From Paraspadella gotoi (taxonomy: Eukaryota; Animalia; Chaetognatha), in NCBI GenBank assembly GCA_051294375.1, contig JBJCIZ010000142.1, forward strand, positions 1 through 7,561: 7,561 nucleotides of DNA. Direction: 5' to 3'. The number at the start of each line of letters is the position of its first letter. Position 1 is the first letter of the stretch. The notes beneath the pieces are model-generated. The model was not told where the DNA came from and did no database searches. It saw only the letters and a program-made list of their open reading frames with translations. This document shows, piece after piece, positions 1 through 7,561 of this stretch. Made by a program: the position numbers and the translations under genes.

Positions 1-91
1 TTTAATGTTGACGCCCTAACCATCTAAGCATAAGATGCAGAAGCGGTTACCATGAAACTTGGCAGGGGAATCATCATCCGCGCTGCACGGC
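1..91 (+). pseudogene. gag: Gag C-terminal zinc knuckles (degenerate)
   Basis: Frame 3 reads C*RPNHLSIRC (C-x4-H-x4-C, 6-38), preceded by FN in frame 1. It continues RSGYHETWQGNHHP, then LHG after a 1-nt shift, matching the BEL/Pao CFNC..H....C...C..C...HH.LLH pattern. Confidence 0.72.
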
Positions 92-432
92 GCGGCGCCG
101 GTGCGCCGACAGACGCCGTTAATCAGGTGGCACAATTTCAGTCACAACCGGTTTACGTTCAAACTCCCGCTCCCGCCTATGCTACACCTGCCTTCTTTCA
201 ATCCGCACCCCCTCCTATGACTATTTTTTCCTTCTTCCCAGCCCCTTGTACAGGACCCTGGGACGGCAAACACTGCGACGACGGCGCAAGGAGGACGGGC
301 TGACTCAGATCAACAAGACCAATAAACTTCGGCTCCTGCCCCCCCGGCAGCAGCGGCGACGCCAGCAGCGACGCCCATCCGCAGCGGGAACCTTCAACAG
401 TTGACTAGCGGTGGCGTCCGCTCCGAGGAGAG

Positions 433-914
433 GCGACCTTTCGTCCCGTCGTGCCGGTCGTCGTCGAAAGCTGAACGGGCCGCAAACGCACGACTTACGC
501 AATGATCGATAGCGCTGTAATCGCTGCGTATTGAAAGAGAACATTGCTAATGATCTTAGCATAATTTGTATGATGTAAAATGCGAATTAGAACATTAGAT
601 AGTGATGTTGTTGTAAATAAAAAAGTCGCAGACTTTAACATTGAAACCACTTGATGGAACTTTTTCTCTTTCTATCAGGAAAGCGATCGTGGGATGTTTA
701 CTGACATCGGAGGACGACCTCCCCCCAAGCGATGCAGATGTGGTCGACAAGCCTCATCTCGAGGGGGTAACGTTCCCCATCTCCCGGACAAGGAGGTTGG
801 CTGCTCCTCCCGGCAAACTACGCCTACACCTGGGTTGACGGAGAAGTTCGACGAGGCCCTCAAGATCAACCAGTCGCCATCAACACAATGTTCGGCTGGA
901 CCTTGATTGGCCCT
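433..914 (+). pseudogene. pol: Aspartic protease domain and following conserved segment (frameshifted; absent as a unit from the ORF track)
   Basis: ATFRPVVPVVVES*TGRKRTTYAMIDS with the catalytic Asp at 508-510. Restoring one G gives DSGCNRCVL. Downstream stitched peptides are PHLEGVTFP/HLPDKEVG and EVRRGPQDQPVAINTMFGWTLIGP. Confidence 0.8.
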
Positions 915-1118
915 AAGAAAGGGAAAGGCGGCGGCGACGTAAACTGCGCCGCGCCTCGACCGCCGAGTACATCGAGAAGACGGGACAAGCTTCGAGAAGA
1001 CGTTCGACGCCTCTTCTATCGCGACTTCGTTCCGGCGCGAGCACCAAAAACTCCCGTCGGTAGAAGACGAATTTGCAATGGAACAACTAAAGGCGTCGAT
1101 CAAATCGACGACGAAGTA

Positions 1119-1895
1119 GGTCATTATTTTGTCGGTCTTCCTTGGATGCGAGGTAGAGAAAAGGCGGCCGAGATTTTGAATGGGAGGGATTCGGGCACGA
1201 TGGCTCTTAACCGCCTCCGTTCTCTCATGAGGAAACTCGAACGCCGCCAAGGAGACAAAAAGAAGGTCGTGGACGAGATGAAAAAATTCGTCGAGGAGGG
1301 TCACGCGGTCAAGGTAGGGACTGACGGCTTACCAGCGTCTCTCCCACAGTGGATCTTACCCTTCTCGTCGTCGTACGTCCCGACAAAGACAAGGTCGAAT
1401 CTGCCACGACGCCCGCGCTAGCGTTAGAGTAGATGCCTTAATGATGAGTTATTGACCGGGCCCGATTACATGACGAACATGCTCGGGGTCTTACTCCGAT
1501 TTCGCCGTCATGAGATCGCCCTTTCGCGGGACATACGCGGCTTCTTTCACCAGGTATTCGTAGACGAAAACGACGTTCACGTTTTTCGATATTGGTGGTT
1601 TGAAGACGACGCTTGTACTAAACTGGCTCTTTTTGAACTCAAGGTACAATCTTTGGTGCGAAAAGTTCCCCAGTTGTTGCGAACTATACGTTGAAGACGC
1701 ACGCCGAGTCGATGAGAGGCATGATCCCCTTGGAAGTGGTCGAGGCCATCATCAACCAGTTCTACGTTGATGACTTTCTCGGGTCTACCCCGGACGTTCA
1801 GTCTGCGCGTGACCTGAAGGAAGGCTTGACGGATGCTCTCCGTCGGGGAGGTTTTGACCTTACCAAATGGAAATGCTCGTCGCCTGAGGTGCTTG
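1119..1895 (+). pseudogene. pol: Reverse transcriptase domain (frameshifted)
   Basis: GHYFVGLPW, ALNRLRSL, LNDELLTGPDYMTNMLGVLLRFR, DIRGFFHQV, FGAKSSP (after a shift at ~1650), YVDD at 1763-1774, GGFDLTKW. Confidence 0.96.
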
Positions 1896-1979
1896 TAGAT
1901 GAACCGGACAAGGTCGTTGACGGAGAAAAGTCGCTCACGGAATGGTAAAGACGACGACGACAAAAACGAACAGTTTGAC

Positions 1980-2790
1980 AAGTACTGGGTACACGTTATA
2001 CGTTCAGCGCGACGTTTTCTCCTTCGGCGTTAACGAGGAAAAGATCGCGAAAAGATGCCTGACGAAGCGACAGATTCTCTCCTTAACGGCGAGCCTGTTC
2101 GACCCTTAGGCCTGGTTTCGCCATTTATTCTGAAAGGTCGAAGTTTTTTTCAACGAGCCAAGCAGCAGCGGTCGATTGGGATTCTCCTCTGCCCGACGAG
2201 ATCGTCAAGGAGTTCGACGCCTGGCGAGAACAGATGCCCAAGCTGAAGGATTCGAGATCAGGCGATGTCGCGACGCGGGAGACAACGAACGACAAGGCTG
2301 AGTTGCATGTGTTTGCTGATGCTAGTCATGAGGGTTACGGGGTTTCTGTTTATCGTCGTACTTTGCCTCCAGATGGAGGAGAATCTCATGTTGCTTTCGT
2401 TTTATCCAGAGCTCGAGTTACTCCTTTAGATTCGGCGAAGGCGTCTCACCACAATTCCATCCGCCGTTTGGACTCACTGCGGCGTGCCTTGCGGCGGAAG
2501 TCAGGCATACAATCGTCGAGGAATGCTCCAACGACAAGTTGAAAGAGTGGTCATGTGGACAGACCAGAGACCGTATTGAAACAAATAGTATGAAATCGAA
2601 ATTTGCTGCCTTTTTTAAAATCGTTTGTCTCGTATTAGGGAATTGACGGACGTCAGCGGATGGAGATACGTTCATACAGACGAGAACCCCGCCGATGATT
2701 GCAGTCGTGGTCTTTGCGTCAACGACGCAAAATGGGCGCGCTTTCACGCTGGTCGTATTTCCTCCGACGTCCGGAAGAAGAGTGGCCGGA
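1980..2790 (+). pseudogene. pol: Connection + RNase H domain (Pao 'peptidase A17' region), frameshifted
   Basis: VLG, TKRQILSLTASLFDP/LGLVSPFILKG, LHVFADAS (Asp 2318-2320), SRARVTPL, WTD (2556-2564), WRYVHTDENPADDCSRG. Confidence 0.92.
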
Positions 2791-3188
2791 ACAGAAGCTC
2801 TCCCCGACTCCGTTGGCATCAACGTCTTCGCGACTGAGCGGAAGAAATGGAATGCGGAAAAAATGAGATACCGAAAGAAAACTGGGGTTTGCGTTGTATC
2901 GCAAAACAAACGTCGGACACTCGTAAAAAACTGTACTTGATCGCGGGAATGAAAAAATGTATTACCCGTTGGATCGAATGGAGACGAGCATTAAAATTGG
3001 ATTCTAATGCTCAGCCACAAAAAATTCGCGCTACGACGTTTAAGGATACAAAAGATGCCGAAAAAATGCTGTGTCGCGCTCTACAACAGAAATACTATGC
3101 CGACGAGATATCACCAACTCAAAGAGAAAAAGATTCGTTCCCGGACTCACGCGCGGAACTCACGCTCAAAAAATCGAAACTTCGCTCG

Positions 3189-4408
3189 CTCAATCCCTTT
3201 CTCGACGACGAAGACATATCCGCGTTGGCGGGAGATCGGAAAGGCAAATCTTCCGTATAGCACCCGCCACCCAATCGTACTCCCGAAGAAAGACGACAAC
3301 GTCGACGATTACGTACGCCACGTGCACTTCAAGGAAGGGCACGCGGGCGTCGAACAAGTTATGTCCGTGATTCGACGCCGCTTCTTCTTCCCCTCGATGC
3401 GGCAGGTACTGCGTCTACTGCTGCGCCGCTGCGTTATCTGTCAAAGGAATTTTCGTTCGCCCGCGACGCAAAAGATGGGAGACTTACAGCCGACCGACTC
3501 GACCAAGGAGCAACTTTTGAAGCAACGGGCGTCGACGCATTCGGCCCGTTCCGCGTCGTACACGGAGGACGCGGTAGCGCGAAACGATGGGTTGTCCTCT
3601 TCACGTGCATGAAAAATGCGCGCGGTCCACCTCGAAGTACTACACGATTTATCAGCCTCGTCCTTCATCAACGCCCTCATTCGATTCAACGCGCGTCGTC
3701 CAGGCTCCAAACGCTTCTACAGCGACAATGGAAGCAATTTCCACGGCGCCGTGCGGAACTGAGGGCAGCGGTCGAAAGATGGAAAAACGAACAGATCTTC
3801 CCGGAGTATGATCGAATACGGGATCGAATGGACCTTCTCTCCGCCCTGGCTTCGCATTGGGGCGGCGTTTGGGAACGTTGATAAATCTACGAAAAAACAT
3901 TTAACGGTCTTACTCGGGAAAGCAAAACTCCACGTCGAAGACGCGACGGCTCTTGCGTCAGTCGAAGGTATCCTCAATCGACGCCGCTGACGAGGGTCCC
4001 TGATGATCCGGACAGTCTCGACGCGCTGACGCCAGCAGATCTCTTTGTATCCCGGCGTCCAAGCTCCCTCGAGAAGGGTCATCGTACCTCCCGAATCCCT
4101 CGACGGCGAGGCGCTCAGAAGCTCTTGGAAAGAGGCTCGTCGAATTAGCGAGAGTTTTGGGATCGATGGACAAAAGAATACGTGGTACACCTGCAAGAAG
4201 GCAAAATGGTCAACCACAGCAAAGAAACCTGAAAGAAGGTCAGATCGTGCTCATGGTCGATGAGCTCAAAGCAAGAGATCAATGGAGGCTCGCACGCGTG
4301 GTCGACATCGGTAACGGAAGTCACGTAAGGCGGCGTGACTGTCCGAACTGCAGGAGACAAATATTTCGATCGGACCGTAATCGTTTAGTGCCCCTCGAAT
4401 GCGATTAA
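3189..4408 (+). pseudogene. pol: Integrase (HHCC, DDE core, BEL/Pao C-terminal domain), frameshifted; pol stop TAA at 4406-4408
   Basis: LNPFLD, RVGGR, RHPIVLP. His codons at 3325 and 3340, Cys at 3430 and 3439. GVDAFGP (Asp 3534), RAVHLE, YSDNGSNF (Asp 3724), GGVWER (Glu 3873), FWDRWTKEY, NLKEGQIVLMVDE..RDQWRLARV. Confidence 0.95.
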
Positions 4409-4589
4409 CTATTTTGCGATTTTATATTTATTATCGTTGACAAACTCGACGACTATTCGTTTAGTTTGGTCGACCGATGATGAGGAGAATCAGAGAATTT
4501 TTTTTACGACTTACGTGAGATGAATTTATGAAAAAAAAATTTTTTCAGTCAATTTCGCTCTTGTACAGTTACGTTACTTAAATATCGAA

Positions 4590-4614
4590 TTTTTTGTTTT
4601 TTTTTTTTTTTTTT
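4590..4614. repeat. Poly(T) tract (T6-G-T18)
   Basis: Directly visible. Confidence 0.95.
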
Positions 4615-4681
4615 GATTACGATGATAAATTGTTTAATTCAACACTGTGCTTACAGAGCGATTTCTGATAATATCCTTTCG

Positions 4682-5872
4682 ATGATGGCGAACCCCCGCT
4701 CTACGATTTATCCGGGGAGAACGACGACGATAATGACATTCCATCCGATCGTCGTAGGCGCGTCTGCCGCATGGGTCGTCTACGGCAGACGAAAATATAG
4801 AGCCCCGGTGTACGCCTTGATCGGCGCGCTGACGGCAGAGGAGTTGGAGCTTCAGCTCGGGACCTGGGCAGACGCCGGCGACCTCATCGCCTTACTTCCA
4901 CCAGAGGGAGCGCTGTCCCCTCTTTGGAGGCTTCGAGACGCTGGCACCTCCCGATCCATTGTCATCTCGGATCAAGTCAACTGGTCCCCTGTGTGTACGG
5001 TTTCCAGTGCCCCGGACGCGGCCGTCGCTATGATGCAAACGAGATCGTTCCAGAATTCAGAGGAGGCCCGGCGTTTCCTGCAAGCGAGCACCTCGGCGGA
5101 GGGCGCGTCCTCCGGGCGCGCGTCCTCCGACGTCTCACTCCCCTCAAACGTTTCCCCTCAGCCTCCGGTCCCGACTCCCCCTCCAGCCTCCCCAACGATA
5201 CCGAAGCAAACGGTGCGACGGGTGGTGTTTCTGGAGGCGGAGCCGGATTTGCCGGAGGAAGAGGTGGAAAGGGTCCCGCGCGAGGAGGCGACACCCACGC
5301 TTCCTCAACCGGGACAAAGGAGGAAAAGGAGGAGTGTGAGGCGTCAGGCGATGCACAACCAGAGGATGCTCGATCACAGGAAGTGGGTGAAGGAGACGCG
5401 CGCCGCGAAGGCCAATTCTGGCCCCGTGGCAGGCGTCTCCCAGCCTCCGGCTGATTTGGTGGCCGTAACTGACCACCAACCGGCCGGGCCTCTCTCGACG
5501 GTAGAAGAAGAAGATGTTGAGAACAAAGACGAGAAAGAAGAAGAAAAGATGGAAGAGGACGATAACAACGATCCCTTCAACCTCGACGCCCTTAAGGGAA
5601 TGACGTCGAATAAAGCGCAGACGCCTCAGGACGCTGGGTTTGTGCCTCTTTACGAGCGCTATCCGCCTTTGACCAACAAGTCCTGGTTCGACAGAGTAGA
5701 GGAAGAAGAGGCGGCTGAACGAGCGGCACGACGCGAAGCTGAGATAAATTTCGATTTATCATCCGGCATCTTGGGTCGAACCGCGATGTATTCGCCGAAT
5801 GACACTTCGACCCCTATCCATGATTTAACGACGCCTACAGAGCCCGGCCAACGGAGGTTTTTTAAAATATGA
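4682..5872 (+). CDS. Orphan protein, possible exon 1 of a 3' accessory gene (ends at 5856 if spliced). Putative folded N-terminal ~125 aa, then Pro/Ser/Glu-rich disordered region
   Basis: Open frame of ~1.2 kb coinciding with a GC-rich block bounded by AT-rich flanks. ATG ATG GCG at 4682, alternative in-frame ATG at 4622. No family recognised. Confidence 0.65.
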   Translation: MMANPRSTIYPGRTTTIMTFHPIVVGASAAWVVYGRRKYRAPVYALIGALTAEELELQLGTWADAGDLIALLPPEGALSPLWRLRDAGTSRSIVISDQVNWSPVCTVSSAPDAAVAMMQTRSFQNSEEARRFLQASTSAEGASSGRASSDVSLPSNVSPQPPVPTPPPASPTIPKQTVRRVVFLEAEPDLPEEEVERVPREEATPTLPQPGQRRKRRSVRRQAMHNQRMLDHRKWVKETRAAKANSGPVAGVSQPPADLVAVTDHQPAGPLSTVEEEDVENKDEKEEEKMEEDDNNDPFNLDALKGMTSNKAQTPQDAGFVPLYERYPPLTNKSWFDRVEEEEAAERAARREAEINFDLSSGILGRTAMYSPNDTSTPIHDLTTPTEPGQRRFFKI

Positions 5873-6026
5873 TTATTTGAAATAAGGATCAATGATTGAA
5901 ATTATTATCTCTCGAATTTATAATGACGATTGATTTAACGCGTGATTTTTTTTTTCTCTCTCTCTTCCCCCCTCTTTCCCCGTCCCCTTTTCTCCCCACT
6001 TATTCCCTCCCCTTTACCCTCCTTAG
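5857..6026 (+). other. Predicted 170-nt phase-2 spliceosomal intron
   Basis: AG|GT lies at the GC-to-AT transition. Possible branch site TTTAAC at 5934-5939, ~80-nt polypyrimidine tract (5946-6024), TAG| acceptor. The splice keeps the frame (AG+A = Arg). The donor GTTTTT is a weak consensus match. Confidence 0.6.
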
Positions 6027-6834
6027 ACATGGAACACTTGTCACCGACTCTCCCGACTCTCATCTCGGCGTCGAATATTTCCTCGGCAAGGTCGACGAGG
6101 AGTGGCTGAGGATGAAAGTCCGCGAAAAGAAGAGACGGGACTTCGGTTCTTCTCAAAGTCTGTCGTCGACCGTAGACGAAGAAGCAGCCTTGAGGGAGGA
6201 AGAGGAGAGGGAGAGGGAGAGGGAGAGGGAGGAGAGGAGGAAGGAGGAGGAGAGGGAGAAGCTCGAAGAAAGGAAGAGGAGAGACGAGGAAGGGAGGAAG
6301 AACGAAGAGGAAAGGAAAAAAGCGGAAGAACAGGCCGTTCGACCTAAGACTCATCGTTCCTTGGACGAGACCCGACGCGAAGCGGACCGGCGCTTACAAT
6401 CCGGCGAATTATCAAAACATGAAGAGAGATGGTGGCGCGGATACAGGCGCTGGCTCGACGGAAAGGACCGCCCGCGCCCTACAAAGAAAAGACCGCCGAC
6501 GACGACCCTTCAACGGGAATTAAATCCGCATGGTTTCCGTAACCAGGACGTACGGGAAGAGTTCAGGGCGACGGCGACCCTCTACATCGAGAATCCGACC
6601 GAAGATTCCAGTTCCGGTCCCTCTGCGTCGGCGTCGGCGACGACGATACGGCCTACGACTTCGTCGACGACAGTTGCGTCGACCGATGACGACGATTCCT
6701 TCGTCTCAGTCGCCGAAACTCCATCTCAGCTCCCTCCCTCCCCTTCGACTCCGGAATTAACGCCGGCGGAGGAGAGAGCTATTCTCGGCGAGGACGAGGA
6801 ACCCCTTACGAAGATGGATGACGACAATCCTTGA
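6027..6834 (+). CDS. Orphan coding segment, probable exon 2: E/R/K-rich charged helix, Arg/Trp patch, Ser/Thr/Pro/acidic tail (may extend to TAG 6942-6944 via a 1-nt frameshift)
   Basis: Open frame over a GC-rich block that begins right after a strong acceptor. The track's N-terminus (5896-6026) merely translates the AT-rich and pyrimidine tract. Confidence 0.6.
6178..6330 (+). repeat. Purine-rich low-complexity tract including tandem GAGAGG repeats encoding (ER)n
   Basis: Directly visible; GGG runs start at 6209, 6215, 6221 and 6227. Confidence 0.9.
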
Positions 6835-6836
6835 GC

Positions 6837-6903
6837 GACGAGGCGCCGAAGCCCGCGCCCCCGCCGACATCCCCGGCGGGCCGGGCGCGGCGCGGCGCTC
6901 GTC
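6837..6903 (+). other. GC-rich interrupted stem-loop
   Basis: Nested pairings: 6837-41/6899-903, 6843-48/6893-98, 6853-59/6884-90, 6860-66/6874-80. Confidence 0.5.
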
Positions 6904-7051
6904 CGGAGCTGAACAGCCCAACAGCCGCGGCTTCTCTTAATTAGAACCGGATTTATGAACTCGGAAATGAACTCGATTATGGACATATTTAAAATACTCG
7001 GATTGTTTTGCGTTTCACGACCGATGATCTAACGTTTTCTCGGAGAAGTCA

Positions 7052-7138
7052 GCCGACTAGTACGGAAGACCGCGAGGTGCGACGTTTTTGCTTCGACACC
7101 CACGTCGCAAACGCGCCGTATTTACTAGGTGATTCGGC
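7052..7138 (+). other. Rod-like interrupted stem-loop in a GC island within AT-rich 3' sequence
   Basis: Nested pairings: gccga/tcggc, ctag/ctag, tacgg/ccgta, cgcg/cgcg, tgcgacgt/acgtcgca. Confidence 0.55.
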
Positions 7139-7561
7139 CGCAGACGACAAAACAGAATTTATTATTTGTTTATTAACGTAGTATTCATTTATTCAAAGAA
7201 AACGACATTTAAAGTAGAATGGTTCAAAAATTTTATCCTCAAACGTTTAGCTTAATATTAAGTTCTTTACCTACGATTTACTTCTAATCATGTTTAAATA
7301 CTTTCGCTTTTATACGTATTTACGTTCGTTTATATTTTACTTTAATCATGCGAAAGAAAAACTCGTTAAATTAGGCAATTATTTAAAAGAGACGATCACG
7401 TTTTTTATTGCTCTGTATTGAAAGTAGTTTCGTAGTATTTCTTCGACGTTAACCTTCGTCAAATTATTCCGGAAACTTTTACTAAGACGAAATTGAAAAG
7501 TAACGTTCGATTTTATTGTAGTATTAGTACATTTATCTTTGTCTCAACTGATCGCTCTCTA

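Larger units (their letters stand above)
1..4408 (+). mobile_element. BEL/Pao-family LTR retrotransposon internal region (gag C-terminus + pol), frameshifted; 5' end and LTRs not in window, may extend further 3'
   Basis: Manual frame-stitching gives the domain order Zn knuckles-PR-RT-RNase H-IN. BEL/Pao-typical motifs are present: LNDELLTGPD, VLLRFR, FYVDD, GGFDLTKW, FDPLGLVSP, LHVFADAS, ENPADDCSRG, RHPIVLP, GVDAFGP, YSDNGSNF, HWGGVWER, FWDRWTKEY. Confidence 0.96.

Noticed and set aside
4000-4010. CTGATGA hammerhead-like core
   Set aside because: Lies in integrase codons (PDD); the required helices and GAAA are not apparent.
305-4360. Minus-strand ORFs over gag-pol (e.g. 675-1304, 1577-1981, 2418-2909, 3717-4217)
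   Set aside because: Antisense shadows of pol with no recognisable motifs.
4482-4500. GAGGAGAA as PPT and start of a 3' LTR
   Set aside because: Short, not followed by a TG LTR start, and no second LTR is available for comparison.
4529-4547. TGAAAAAAAAATTTTTTCA inverted repeat as terminator
   Set aside because: Low-complexity A/T palindrome in a eukaryotic context.
4924-5454. Overlapping 176-aa alternative-frame ORF on +
   Set aside because: TTG start and Gly/Arg-rich composition expected from an off-frame read of GC-rich coding DNA.
5935-6354. Minus-strand hydrophobic Leu/Pro/Phe ORF resembling a membrane protein
   Set aside because: Simply the reverse complement of the GA-rich repeat.
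4682-6834. env gene call
   Set aside because: No clear signal peptide, Cys-rich ectodomain or C-terminal transmembrane helix; the composition is charged and disordered.
6945-7561. 3' LTR or canonical poly(A) signal
   Set aside because: No PPT-TG junction or plus-strand AATAAA found; cannot be called from this window.

Overview
Eukaryotic-looking DNA. Bases 1-4408 (+) are the gag C-terminus and the whole pol of a BEL/Pao (Belpaoviridae) LTR retrotransposon, in the order Zn knuckles, aspartic protease, RT (YVDD), RNase H, integrase (HHCC, DDE) and C-terminal domain. The frame is broken by more than 25 mostly single-base indels, yet catalytic motifs are largely retained. Where env or the PPT/3' LTR would normally follow, there is an AT-rich spacer and two same-strand orphan ORFs (about 4682-5872 and up to 6834). 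A GT..AG intron (5857-6026, long polypyrimidine tract) would join them in frame into a ~660-aa low-complexity protein that does not look like Env. It carries Arg-rich patches and a W-x3-VEE motif. Two long GC-rich stem-loops follow (6837-6903, 7052-7138). No LTR, PBS or PPT is visible, so membership of the 3' gene in the element is inferred, not shown.
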